From positions 6,114 to 70,113 of the IMG/VR virus record IMGVR_UViG_3300042691_017212: DNA of 64,000 nt. The stretch is one strand, 5' to 3'. Of this stretch, positions 54,576 to 64,000 are shown one piece after another; within the stretch, counting starts at the first letter, position 1; each line of letters opens with the position of its first letter. Below the pieces are notes generated by a model. The model was given only the letters and a program-made list of their open reading frames with translations. It did no database searches and was not told the origin of the DNA. Source of the stretch: a virus. Position numbers and translations under genes: made by a program.

Positions 54576-55510
54576 AGTCTGTAATTAAAAGTCTTGGTAT
54601 AGATATTGCAGGCGAAACAGCTAACGATTATTTATCTTATTGTCCATTTCATTCAAATAGACATACCCCTAGCTTCAGTATAAGCCGTACTAAAGGAGCA
54701 TATATTTGCTTCAATCCTTCTTGCGGAAAAGCTGGAACTATAATGGATCTTGTAAAAGAGTCATTAGGTAAAAATGAATATCAGGCATTAAGATATATTG
54801 AATCAAAGCAGCAGGAATCTTTAGAGAATTTTGATGAAGAGCTGAAGTCTATGTTTGAAGATAAGCCAGACTTTGTAGAATTTTCCCAAAAAACTTTGGA
54901 TGATTTATACAATAATCTTGGCAAAAATAAACATGCACAGGAGTATTTTGAACATAGGGGAATTAGTCTAGATTCAATGCATTACTTTAAATTAGGGTAT
55001 TCATCTAATTTAGGAATGGTTATTGTGCCAGTACATAGTCCAGACGGAATTCCAGTGGGCTTAGTTGGTAGATCTATATCTGAAAAAAAGTTTAAGAACA
55101 GCAATAACCTTCCACGTAGCAAAACTATGTTTAATATACATAGGGCTAAAAAAATAGGAGACAAGGTCATCATCGTAGAGTCTACTTTTGATGCCATTAG
55201 AATACATCAAGCAGGATTTCCAAACGTAGTTGCCACGCTGGGAGGACATGTATCACATGATAATATTAAATTATTAAATAGATATTTTAATACAATTATT
55301 TTAATGACAGATGCAGATCCAGCAGGTAGAGAATTAGGAATGTCTATTGCTTCTAAATTAAAAAATAAAAACATCTTGTGGGGTTCGCATTCATATGGTA
55401 AGATATATCCTAATGGAGCAAAAGATGCAGGCGACATGTCCGATGAAGATATAAAGGTATGCATAAATAACGCAGTTTCCGATTTCGAATATCGATCTTG
55501 GAACCCATGA
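54512..55510 (+). CDS. dnaG: DNA primase (start likely ATG 54512)
   Basis: CPFH..TPSF..C..C zinc finger; TOPRIM VESTFDA, DAD and KDAGD motifs. Confidence 0.9.
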   Translation: MAIRGYSPKQTSQTEYTPAHIKSVIKSLGIDIAGETANDYLSYCPFHSNRHTPSFSISRTKGAYICFNPSCGKAGTIMDLVKESLGKNEYQALRYIESKQQESLENFDEELKSMFEDKPDFVEFSQKTLDDLYNNLGKNKHAQEYFEHRGISLDSMHYFKLGYSSNLGMVIVPVHSPDGIPVGLVGRSISEKKFKNSNNLPRSKTMFNIHRAKKIGDKVIIVESTFDAIRIHQAGFPNVVATLGGHVSHDNIKLLNRYFNTIILMTDADPAGRELGMSIASKLKNKNILWGSHSYGKIYPNGAKDAGDMSDEDIKVCINNAVSDFEYRSWNP

Positions 55511-55564
55511 TATAATGGAAAGACAGACGGATATATACCGTCATACATATTAAGGAGATATAAA

Positions 55565-56233
55565 ATGGGTATAGTAAAAGGTCTAAAAGACTTAAACAAA
55601 GCGCTAGATAAGCCACAGCCAACAGGTGGCGAAGGAAGTAAAGGACGTTGGGTAAAGCTTGAAGATGGAGAAAGTGTTAAGATTAGATTTCTTCAAGAAT
55701 TAGATCCAGACTCACCAACATATAATGATAAGTTTGGTCTAGGATTTATTGCAGTAGAACATACAAATCCAAAAGATTATCGCAGAAAACTTTTATGCAC
55801 AATGCAAGATCAAGGTAAGTGCTGGGGTTGCGAGCAACACAGAAAAGATTACAAGGCAGGCTGGAAGGGCCGTTCACGTCTTTATATAAACGTATTAGTT
55901 GACGATGGAAAGAATGAACCATACGTAGCAATATTATCTCAAGGTTCAAGTGGTAAAACAGTTACACCTACACTAATTGAATACGCTGGAGAAATGGGAT
56001 CCATCACAAATTTAATGTGGAGAATAAAGCGTACTGGTACAAAGACAGATACTAGTTATACAATTATCCCGCTTGCAAAGGATGAAACGCCATTTGACGG
56101 TTCGTCATTAGAACTGCACAAGCTAGAAGAAACTGCAGTTCGTGAAATGAAGTACGCAGACCAAGAGTCCTTCTTTAATGGAGAAGGCGGAACCGAGGAG
56201 CCAGAGTCTACATCAACAGATGTAACTTGGTAA
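55565..56233 (+). CDS. gp32-like single-stranded DNA-binding protein
   Basis: KLEDGESVKIRFL, C..CWGC, RxGTKTDTSY and acidic C-tail; TGATATAAT upstream. Confidence 0.7.
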   Translation: MGIVKGLKDLNKALDKPQPTGGEGSKGRWVKLEDGESVKIRFLQELDPDSPTYNDKFGLGFIAVEHTNPKDYRRKLLCTMQDQGKCWGCEQHRKDYKAGWKGRSRLYINVLVDDGKNEPYVAILSQGSSGKTVTPTLIEYAGEMGSITNLMWRIKRTGTKTDTSYTIIPLAKDETPFDGSSLELHKLEETAVREMKYADQESFFNGEGGTEEPESTSTDVTW

Positions 56234-56253
56234 TTTAGAAAGGCGGAGAGTTA

Positions 56254-59200
56254 ATGTCATTTGTACATCTGCATGTACATTCCTACTATTCATTAATGGA
56301 TGGCCTTAACTCTCCAGCCGATCTTGTCAAGGCCGCTAAAGATTCTGGACAAACCTCAATTGCAATAACAGATCACGGCACACTTGCGTCACATAGAGAG
56401 TTTCAAATAGCATGTAGGGAACAGCAAATAAAGCCTATCTTAGGCGTTGAGGCATACATATCACCAACAGATAGGTTTGACAGGTCTTCTAAAACAGACA
56501 AATCAATTCAAGCCTACAACCATATTATTTTGCTTGCTAAGAATAAAGCTGGCTTATCTAACATAAATGCACTACAGGAAATTGCATGGAACGAAGGGTT
56601 TTATCACAAGCCTAGAATTGATCGGGAGGTTCTAAAAGAATATGCAGAAGGTATTATTGTTCTTAGTGGATGCCTCAATGGCCTTGTTAGTAAATGCATT
56701 GAACGCCAGGAATTCTCGGAAGCAAAACTTATACTCAAAGATTTTAAACAAACTTTTGGCGAAGATTTTTATGTTGAGGTACAGTCTCATAATCCAAAAG
56801 AAGTAAATGATAAATTGCTGGAGCTTGCTGATGAATTAAAAATTAAGGCGGTGGCAACAGGAGATGCACATTTTGCTAAGGGTGAAGATAAGATATTAGA
56901 AGAGGCGATGCTTATATTGTCTACAAATCCCAAGATGGATAAAGATGCAGACTTTGAAATGTCTCGCAACATGAAAGATATGCTGGATAGATTTAATTAT
57001 TTATATCCAGACAGAAGAATATCGTTTCAAGACTATAATTTGTTTATACAAACATATGATGAGATATCAGAGGACTTTCGTAAAGCAGGAATTCAGCGCA
57101 CAGATATTTATGAAAATACACTGGAGATTGCTAACAAGGTTGAAGAATATGATTTCTATAGAGGTCTAGACTTATTGCCTGTGCCAAAAAGAAATGCAGA
57201 TGAAAAGTTAAAGGAATTAGCCTACGAAGGGTTAAAAGCAAAAGGTTTAGATAAAGATATTAATTACATTGAAAGAATTGAAGAAGAGTTAAAAATAATT
57301 AAAGATAAAAATTTCGCTTCATACTTTTTAGTTATTGCGGATATGATTAATTGGGCCAAAACAAATTCCATTATGGTTGGTCCAGGTCGTGGTTCGGCAG
57401 CAGGTTCTTTAGTTTGCTACTCTTTAGGAATTACAGACGTTGACCCAATTAAATATGACCTACTCTTTTTTAGATTCATTAATCCAGAAAGAAATGACTT
57501 CCCAGATATTGATACTGACTTTGAGGATCGACGCCGCAAAGAGGTCAAGAACTACTTGAAGAAGAAATTCAAACATGTTGCCTCCATTTCTACTTATACT
57601 TATTTTAAAGATAAGGGTGTTGTCCGAGATGCAGCACGTGTATTTATGGTTCCACTTTCCGATGTAAACCGTGCCCTCAAATCAATTGATACATTTGAAG
57701 ATTATTTAGAGTCTCCAAACACAAAAGAATTCAGAATGAAGTATCCAGAAGTAACTTGGCTTGCAGAAAAACTACGTGGGAAAATTAGAAGCGTAGGAGT
57801 TCATGCTGCTGGCGTAGTTGTTGCAAAAGACGACATTAGAAATTATGCGCCTATTGAGTCTCGTGAAGATGCACAAGATAAAGTTTCTGGAAGAATTCCA
57901 GTGGTTGCTTATGATATGGATACTGTTGCCGATATAGGCCTAATTAAATTAGATGCCCTAGGACTTAAAACCCTTTCGGTTATTTCAGATACATTGTCTT
58001 CTATAAAAGAAAGATATGGAAAAGAAATCAACTTGTCAAGTATACCATTAGATGACAATGCTATATACAAAAGTTTAAGTGATGGCTATACTATGGGAGT
58101 GTTTCAGGCTGAAGCGACTCCTTACACTAATCTTCTAATAAGAATGCAAGTGTCTACCTTTGAAGACTTAGCAGCTTCAAATGCTCTCGTTCGCCCAGGA
58201 GCTATGGACACAGTAGGTTTATCTTATATTAAAAGAAAGCATGGGCAAGAGGCTGTTAAATATATACATCCTATAATGAGACCATTTACAGAAAATACTT
58301 ATGGGGTTATTATTTATCAAGAGCAAGTTATGCAAGCCTGTGTATATTTAGGGGGTATGACCTGGTCTGAGGCAGACAAGGTAAGAAAAGTTATTGGAAA
58401 GAAGCAAGATGCAAAAGAACTCAGTCCATTCAAAGATAAGTTTATTCAAGGTGCTACACAGCATATCAGCAGGGACGAAGCTGAACATCTCTGGAAAACC
58501 TTTGAGGCCCACGCAGGTTACTCGTTCAATAGGTCTCATGCTGTTGCTTACTCTATGCTTTCTTATTATACCGCTTGGCTTAAGCATCATTATCCTCTTG
58601 AATTTTTATTCTCGATCCTTAAAAATGAAAACGATAAAGACGCAAGAACAGAGTATCTGATTGAAGCCAAGAGACTTGGCCTTAAAATAAAATTACCACA
58701 TATTAATGAGTCTGATATTTACTTTTCTTTACAAAAAGATTCTATAAGATTTGGTTTGGCTGAAGTTAAGTTTATATCTGATAATATTGCTAATAAAATT
58801 ATTGAGCAAAGGCCTTATAAGGATTACTCAGATTTTATCTCTAAGGCTTCTAAAAAAGGCAGCGGAATTAATTCAAGGGCAATTTCGGCCTTAAACTCAA
58901 TCGGCGCTGCAGCATTTGATGATAATCCTAGAACAGGAAAAGAAGAGCACAATTATTACGAGTTTTTAAATATACCTCAATTTAATGTTGGGATGAATCC
59001 TAAAATAAAAGCTCAGGCTAGACCTATTGTAGACTTTGATGATTTAGGATCATTTCCAATGTTCGGTATGGTAAAAAATATTAAGAGGGGCTCAGGGTGG
59101 GCAAGAATAGAATTGGTAGACGAGAGTGGCTCAGTAGGTTTATTCCATAACGAACAGACACAAATAGAGACTGGCAAAATGTATTTTGTTTTGGTCGGAG

Positions 59201-59520
59201 ACAACAGAATTGCAAGATATGTAAAGGTAGATGACATCAAAGAAGATTCATCTGATATATTCATACAGTATTTATATTCTAACGGATATGATATTGACGA
59301 AGATGAAATGTATGTGATAAGCTTTAGTCCGTATAAGACAAAAGCAGGCAAGACAATGGCTCACATTGTTATGTCTGATAAAGATAAAAACCTAACAAGA
59401 GCTATTGCGTTTTCCAGCACATACCCAATTGCATTAGCAAAAATGCGTGAGGGTATGGTTTGCAAGCCAGTTCTAAAAAAATTAGATGATGGCACTTTAA
59501 TGATAAAGGAAATAAAATGA
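56254..59520 (+). CDS. dnaE: DNA polymerase III alpha subunit
   Basis: PHP HLHVHSYYSLMDG and ITDHG; GPGRGSAAGSLV; PDIDTDF; HAAGVV; YSFNRSHA. No intein seen. Confidence 0.95.
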   Translation: MSFVHLHVHSYYSLMDGLNSPADLVKAAKDSGQTSIAITDHGTLASHREFQIACREQQIKPILGVEAYISPTDRFDRSSKTDKSIQAYNHIILLAKNKAGLSNINALQEIAWNEGFYHKPRIDREVLKEYAEGIIVLSGCLNGLVSKCIERQEFSEAKLILKDFKQTFGEDFYVEVQSHNPKEVNDKLLELADELKIKAVATGDAHFAKGEDKILEEAMLILSTNPKMDKDADFEMSRNMKDMLDRFNYLYPDRRISFQDYNLFIQTYDEISEDFRKAGIQRTDIYENTLEIANKVEEYDFYRGLDLLPVPKRNADEKLKELAYEGLKAKGLDKDINYIERIEEELKIIKDKNFASYFLVIADMINWAKTNSIMVGPGRGSAAGSLVCYSLGITDVDPIKYDLLFFRFINPERNDFPDIDTDFEDRRRKEVKNYLKKKFKHVASISTYTYFKDKGVVRDAARVFMVPLSDVNRALKSIDTFEDYLESPNTKEFRMKYPEVTWLAEKLRGKIRSVGVHAAGVVVAKDDIRNYAPIESREDAQDKVSGRIPVVAYDMDTVADIGLIKLDALGLKTLSVISDTLSSIKERYGKEINLSSIPLDDNAIYKSLSDGYTMGVFQAEATPYTNLLIRMQVSTFEDLAASNALVRPGAMDTVGLSYIKRKHGQEAVKYIHPIMRPFTENTYGVIIYQEQVMQACVYLGGMTWSEADKVRKVIGKKQDAKELSPFKDKFIQGATQHISRDEAEHLWKTFEAHAGYSFNRSHAVAYSMLSYYTAWLKHHYPLEFLFSILKNENDKDARTEYLIEAKRLGLKIKLPHINESDIYFSLQKDSIRFGLAEVKFISDNIANKIIEQRPYKDYSDFISKASKKGSGINSRAISALNSIGAAAFDDNPRTGKEEHNYYEFLNIPQFNVGMNPKIKAQARPIVDFDDLGSFPMFGMVKNIKRGSGWARIELVDESGSVGLFHNEQTQIETGKMYFVLVGDNRIARYVKVDDIKEDSSDIFIQYLYSNGYDIDEDEMYVISFSPYKTKAGKTMAHIVMSDKDKNLTRAIAFSSTYPIALAKMREGMVCKPVLKKLDDGTLMIKEIK

Positions 59521-59741
59521 CACAAAGCACAGAAGAACTATTTCAGGCAATGAATGCTTCTCGGATTTTGGTAGCTATACTAACTAAGCTTGGTACTGTA
59601 GAGATTCCAACTGAATTATTTATGGCTGCAAATAACGAAGATAAGCAATTATCTGTAACATATAACGATGACACATTGTCATTTGAATTTAGATTGCGTG
59701 AAGATGGTGAAGCAGATAATTATGAACTCGTTAATGACTGA
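59517..59741 (+). CDS. Hypothetical protein
   Basis: ATGA overlap with dnaE. Confidence 0.6.
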   Translation: MTQSTEELFQAMNASRILVAILTKLGTVEIPTELFMAANNEDKQLSVTYNDDTLSFEFRLREDGEADNYELVND

Positions 59742-60063
59742 TTATGGTCTAGACGCCTTGTCTGCTGTTTTGCACGAAACTGCAAAAGAAAAAGGATTTT
59801 GGGATGGAGAATATAGCCACGACAAAATTGGTAATAAGCTTGCGCTTGTTCATTCAGAAGTAACTGAAGTTTTAGAAGCCATTCGCAAAGATCAGGGATC
59901 TGAAAAAATTGTTGAAGAGATTGCAGATATAATTATTAGAATATTGGATTTATATGCTGCAATGAGAAATGAGGAACATGTGATTCATAGCCTAGATGAG
60001 TCTTTACAAAATAAAATGAATAAAAATATTTCTCGTCCAAGACTTCACGGAAATTTATTTTAA
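59722..60063 (+). CDS. MazG-like nucleotide pyrophosphohydrolase
   Basis: LALVHSEVTEVLEA..EEIADIIIRILD..KMNKN..RPRLHG. Confidence 0.8.
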   Translation: MNSLMTDYGLDALSAVLHETAKEKGFWDGEYSHDKIGNKLALVHSEVTEVLEAIRKDQGSEKIVEEIADIIIRILDLYAAMRNEEHVIHSLDESLQNKMNKNISRPRLHGNLF

Positions 60064-60091
60064 TGCTATACTTATATAAAGAAAGAGAATA

Positions 60092-61096
60092 ATGACTATA
60101 CAAATAGATGATATACTAGCAAAGCTTGATCCAAAAACAAGAAATAGAGTTCAGTCTGCAGTAGAGGTAACTGTTGAAAAGCAGCCTACTCCTAGCATAG
60201 GACTCAACCTTGCACTAAGAGGTGGTCTTGGATTTGGCAGACAGGTTCTAGTTTGGGGAAATAAATCTGCTGGTAAATCATCTTTTTGCCTACAGATGAT
60301 TGCAGAAGCCCAAAAATCTGGAAAGACTTGCGCCTGGATTGATGCAGAACATTCATACGATAAGTCTTGGGCAGAAAAGCTTGGAGTTAACTCAGAAGAG
60401 TTAATATATTCATCAGCTAAAACAGTAAATGATATGGTAGATGTTGCAACACAATTAATGGAGGCGGAAGTAGATATTATTGTGGTTGACTCTATATCAG
60501 CATTGTTGCCAGCAATATACTTCGAGAAAGATTCATCTGAACTCAAAAAGCTTGAGGATACAAAACAAATTGGAGCAGAAGCAAAGGATATGACTCATGC
60601 AGTCAAAATGTTAAATTATGCAAACAAAAACACACTACTTGTTCTTATCTCACAGCAAAGAAATCAGTTTGGATCTATGCATGCTTCCCATATCCCAACA
60701 GGCGGTATGGCAGTTAAGTTCTTCTCTTCAACAGTCATCAAGCTCTGGTCTTCCGAAGCCGAGGCAAATGCTATTAAGTCTGGTGTTAAGGTTGGCGATA
60801 AAATTATTGAACAAAGAGTCGGGCGCCCAGTTAATTGGATTATTGATTACAACAAACTTGGGCCACCAAATTTATCAGGACAATACGATTTCTATTTCCA
60901 AGGAGAATCTTTAGGCGTTGACTCTGTTGGTGAAACCCTAGATGTGGCGGAAATGTGCGGTGTAGTAGAAAAGGGTGGTGCTTGGTACACTGTTAACGGA
61001 GAACGTTTTCAGGGACGTGCTAAAGCTGTTCAATATTTAAAAGAGAATCCAGATGTTGTTGAATTTTTAAGAGGAGAGATTAGTGCCAAACATTAA
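60092..61096 (+). CDS. recA: RecA/UvsX-like recombinase
   Basis: GNKSAGKS, WIDAEH, VVDSI, TGGMAVKF and KGGAWY motifs; TGCTATACT upstream. Confidence 0.92.
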   Translation: MTIQIDDILAKLDPKTRNRVQSAVEVTVEKQPTPSIGLNLALRGGLGFGRQVLVWGNKSAGKSSFCLQMIAEAQKSGKTCAWIDAEHSYDKSWAEKLGVNSEELIYSSAKTVNDMVDVATQLMEAEVDIIVVDSISALLPAIYFEKDSSELKKLEDTKQIGAEAKDMTHAVKMLNYANKNTLLVLISQQRNQFGSMHASHIPTGGMAVKFFSSTVIKLWSSEAEANAIKSGVKVGDKIIEQRVGRPVNWIIDYNKLGPPNLSGQYDFYFQGESLGVDSVGETLDVAEMCGVVEKGGAWYTVNGERFQGRAKAVQYLKENPDVVEFLRGEISAKH

Positions 61097-61277
61097 CGAG
61101 TTTATTGGGCCTAAACCAACACAAGATCAGTTGTCTGATTTAGAAAAGATAATTGGAAGCAAACCATGTGGCAAGTGCGAACTTGATGTTCAGGAATATT
61201 TTTGGGATCCATCAGAATATATTATGAAGTGGACCTGTAGTTCTGGTCACGTAACTACAGTTAAGGTGAATTCTTGA
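61083..61277 (+). CDS. Small zinc-ribbon protein
   Basis: CGKC...CSSGH. Confidence 0.6.
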   Translation: MPNINEFIGPKPTQDQLSDLEKIIGSKPCGKCELDVQEYFWDPSEYIMKWTCSSGHVTTVKVNS

Positions 61278-61588
61278 CAGAGCGTGGCGAGGCAAAGCGA
61301 GATGGGGCAAGGCAGCAAAAAAATTCTGGACGTGGGCAGTATCAAAAAGGTGATGCTCAATGGTACCAGTTCGTTGTAGATTATAAAGAGTCTGCATCTT
61401 CATTTAATTTAAATAAAGATGTTTGGTCTAAAATCTGCACAGATACATTTAAGGTTAATAGGAATATGTTTCCAGCCTTAAAATTAATTATAGGCGAAGA
61501 AAGTAAAGTAAGACTTGCCGTAATTGAATGGGCACTACTAGAAGAGCTAGTAGAAGCCTGGGAAAACAAGGAGAATAAGAATGGCTAA
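61274..61588 (+). CDS. Holliday junction resolvase-like PD-(D/E)XK nuclease
   Basis: NSG..KGDA..VVDYK. Confidence 0.65.
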   Translation: MTERGEAKRDGARQQKNSGRGQYQKGDAQWYQFVVDYKESASSFNLNKDVWSKICTDTFKVNRNMFPALKLIIGEESKVRLAVIEWALLEELVEAWENKENKNG

Positions 61589-61958
61589 TCCAACTATTAC
61601 ACTAGTCGGAAGGCTTGGTCAAGATCCAGCTCCAATTGGAGAAAATGGTCTTAGACTGCGTTTGGTAACAAATGATCGCAAGAAGAACGAAGAAACTGGC
61701 AAGTACGAAGACTCTGCTACGTCTTGGTGGACTATTAAGGTGTGGGGAGAGCTGGCTAAACAAACCAGAAATTCAATTAAGAAAGGTCAGGAACTAACTG
61801 TTGTTGGTACAATCTATGAGGAAAATTGGGTAGACAGATCTGGAACGAATAGAACTTCGTATGAAATTAATGCAAGAAATATTGGCGTAACAACTTATAG
61901 TATTTCAAAAGAAGTTGCTAAAGACAGATTCTTTGATGAAGTAGAGGTTCCATTCTAA
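61581..61958 (+). CDS. ssb: Single-stranded DNA-binding protein (OB fold)
   Basis: ITLVGRLGQDP, WWTIKVWGELA, KGQELTVVG and C-terminal EVPF. Confidence 0.9.
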   Translation: MANPTITLVGRLGQDPAPIGENGLRLRLVTNDRKKNEETGKYEDSATSWWTIKVWGELAKQTRNSIKKGQELTVVGTIYEENWVDRSGTNRTSYEINARNIGVTTYSISKEVAKDRFFDEVEVPF

Positions 61959-62119
61959 TGAAAGAAATCTTTCTTACAACATTAGTTGGAGCACTAGTGG
62001 GTGGCGTGTTTAGTGCATTCAAGCTTCCAATACCAGCACCTCCAGTTTTTTCTGGATTGATGGGTATTGTAGGGTTATGGATCGGCTATGCTTTAGTAAC
62101 TAAGATTGTAGTTGGGTGA
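61958..62119 (+). CDS. XapX/DUF1427-like small membrane protein (not in ORF track)
   Basis: MKEIFLTTLVGALVGGVFSAFKLPIPAPPVFSGLMGIVGLWIGYALVTKIVVG; TAATG coupling. Confidence 0.75.
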   Translation: MKEIFLTTLVGALVGGVFSAFKLPIPAPPVFSGLMGIVGLWIGYALVTKIVVG

Positions 62120-62120
62120 C

Positions 62121-62456
62121 ATGAGCGAGTTGAATACACTAGAGTTAATTAGTAAAATAACTGAGTTTAATGATCTTCATGAATACATGAAAGATGAACA
62201 GCTGGATAAGGCATTATCAATTGTAGTAAAATTATTAATGAATCCAGATGTTCCAGCATCAAAGGCTCCTATGCTTATAATTGAATTACAGGCAATGTCT
62301 ACTAAGTTTTCTATGATGGCTTCAGTGTATTCAACTATTGCTAAAGATAAAGCAGGTACAGTAAACAATAATAAAAAAAATATTTATTATTCAGCAAAAG
62401 AATCTATAGACAAACTAGTAGATGCTCTCAAGTATGTGGTAAGGTACAATGGGTAA
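62121..62456 (+). CDS. Hypothetical protein (start likely ATG 62121)
   Basis: Follows the stop of the XapX-like ORF by 1 nt. Confidence 0.6.
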   Translation: MSELNTLELISKITEFNDLHEYMKDEQLDKALSIVVKLLMNPDVPASKAPMLIIELQAMSTKFSMMASVYSTIAKDKAGTVNNNKKNIYYSAKESIDKLVDALKYVVRYNG

Positions 62457-63225
62457 AGAGATAGTAGCAAATTTAAAATTTAAAAAGGTAACTGGAAACT
62501 TTGACCCATCAGCCTTTGCTAAAATGTTGGATGATGCATATTTAGCCACAAAAAGACCAGATCAAAAACAAACTAAAAATAGTTTTAGCCCAAGTTCTTT
62601 AGGGTATGGAAGCGGTAACTGCCCAAGATATTGGTACCTTGCTTTTAGCGGAGCAATGTTTATAGACAATAATAATTCACAGGCAATAGCTAATATGTCA
62701 CAAGGTACTCAGGCACATGAACGAATTCAGGGGATAATTAAAAAGATGGGAGTGATGAAGCATGAGGAGTATGAAATTATTAATGAATATCCTCCAGTAC
62801 GTGGCTTCATAGATCTAATTTTAGACTGGAACGACCAAGAAGTTATTGGAGAAATTAAAACGGCAAAGCAAGAAAATTGGGACAGTCATCAAGCTAAGAT
62901 GTCACCTTCTCCTAATCATCTTCTTCAACTACTTACTTACATGAAATTGAAAGATGTAAAAGAAGGTTTCTTTTTGTATGAGAATAAAAATACACAAGAA
63001 ATTTTAATTATACCAGTTCAAATGAATGATAAAAATAAAAAAATTATAGAAGAGTTATTTGAGTGGATGTGTATGGTTTATGATAACTTTAGGTCTGGAG
63101 AGCTTCCAATAAGACCATTTATAAAATCAAGCTCTGCTTGCAAAAATTGTAAAATAAAGAAAGAATGCTGGTCTGGAGAAAATGGAACTATAGAAATTCC
63201 AGCATATGAGCCACCAAAGTTATGA
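62449..63225 (+). CDS. Cas4-like PD-(D/E)XK exonuclease
   Basis: CPRYW, GTQAH, GFID, EIKT, QLLTY and C-terminal CxxCxxxxxC. Confidence 0.8.
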   Translation: MGKEIVANLKFKKVTGNFDPSAFAKMLDDAYLATKRPDQKQTKNSFSPSSLGYGSGNCPRYWYLAFSGAMFIDNNNSQAIANMSQGTQAHERIQGIIKKMGVMKHEEYEIINEYPPVRGFIDLILDWNDQEVIGEIKTAKQENWDSHQAKMSPSPNHLLQLLTYMKLKDVKEGFFLYENKNTQEILIIPVQMNDKNKKIIEELFEWMCMVYDNFRSGELPIRPFIKSSSACKNCKIKKECWSGENGTIEIPAYEPPKL

Positions 63226-63500
63226 TCTGTTCAAACAAAGAATGTGCTAAAGAGTTTGACGCCAAGACACATAATCAAAAATATTGTTGTGATGAATGTT
63301 GTAGAGTTGCAACAAATAAAAAAATTATGGAAAAATATTATGAAAAAAAAGCAATTAGGTCTGGCGCAAAAAGAGAATGCAGGGTCTGCAAGTCTAGGCT
63401 AAGTAGGTATAATCAGTCTAACATTTGTGCTAAATGTGAAAAAAATTCTGCTATAAGTAACAGATCTACTATTTTAAGGATGATTGATGACATTAGCTAG
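63222..63500 (+). CDS. Cys-rich zinc-binding protein
   Basis: Multiple CxxC motifs. Confidence 0.6.
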   Translation: MICSNKECAKEFDAKTHNQKYCCDECCRVATNKKIMEKYYEKKAIRSGAKRECRVCKSRLSRYNQSNICAKCEKNSAISNRSTILRMIDDIS

Positions 63501-64000
63501 TTTAATAAAAACAAAAGCAAGCAGGGTTTTGGGAATAGACGCATCAACAAACTCAATAGCATTTTGCTTACTTGAAAATAATGTTCCAGTAAAATGGGGC
63601 AAGATTAATTTAACTGGTAATGATATATATGAAAAAATATATGATGCTAAATGCAAAGTGTTTGCAATAATGGATGAAATAAAATCAGACTATATAGCAA
63701 TTGAAGGTGCGATACTTGTCAAGTCAGCGGATGCCGTGATAAAATTATCTTATGTATACGGTGTCGTCATTGCTGAGCTTATGTCTAGTGGTGCTAGTGT
63801 TATCACTATATCTCCTTCATCTTGGCAGGCTCATATTGGAAATAAAAACCCAACAAAGTTTGAGAAAGACAGACTTAGGATTGAAAATCCTGGATACGCT
63901 GACTCTTGGTATAAGGCGAAGATGCGTGAGATCAGGAAACAGCGTACAGTAGATTATTTTAATAAAAAATATAAATTAGAATTAAATGATTTTGATGTGG
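63487..64000 (+). CDS. RuvC-like resolvase, 3'-truncated (not in ORF track)
   Basis: MTLASLIKTKASRVLGIDASTNSIAF..YIAIEG..LSYVYGVV..SPSSWQ; frame open to window end. Confidence 0.8.
   Translation, partial: MTLASLIKTKASRVLGIDASTNSIAFCLLENNVPVKWGKINLTGNDIYEKIYDAKCKVFAIMDEIKSDYIAIEGAILVKSADAVIKLSYVYGVVIAELMSSGASVITISPSSWQAHIGNKNPTKFEKDRLRIENPGYADSWYKAKMREIRKQRTVDYFNKKYKLELNDFDV

Noticed and set aside
3706-63952. Numerous short minus-strand and shadow ORFs in the track
   Set aside because: They overlap well-supported + strand genes and have no recognisable motifs or initiation signals.
1-64000. Alternative genetic code, tRNA genes, integrase
   Set aside because: Long genes translate intact with the standard code and all three stop codons are used. 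No tRNA cloverleaf was seen in the short intergenic gaps, and no recombinase motifs were found.

Overview
This window is 64 kb of a large, AT-rich tailed dsDNA phage genome with a siphovirus-type tail module, and essentially every real gene is on the + strand. Gene order: 3' end of a class II ribonucleotide reductase; holin-like gene; first fibre/decoration gene cluster (1.2-11.5 kb); five 2OG-Fe(II) oxygenases plus two DUF6065-like genes; LamG protein; portal, protease/scaffold, capsid, neck, tail tube; frameshifted tail chaperones; 2706-aa tape measure; tail tip/fibre genes; small ORFs; replication/recombination module (DnaB, DnaG, gp32-like SSB, DnaE, MazG-like, RecA, resolvases, SSB, Cas4-like). 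Extended -10 promoters with apparently leaderless starts suggest an actinobacterial host, possibly a low-GC freshwater lineage (inference). The main candidate novel system occurs twice, 37 kb apart. Each copy is a virion-type protein carrying a pure Pro/Phe/Tyr tandem repeat (PFFPYFP..., near-identical DNA in both copies) and a C-terminal Hint (intein-like) domain, followed immediately by a prolyl-4-hydroxylase-like 2OG-Fe(II) oxygenase gene. All family calls come from motif recognition by eye; no database searches were run.
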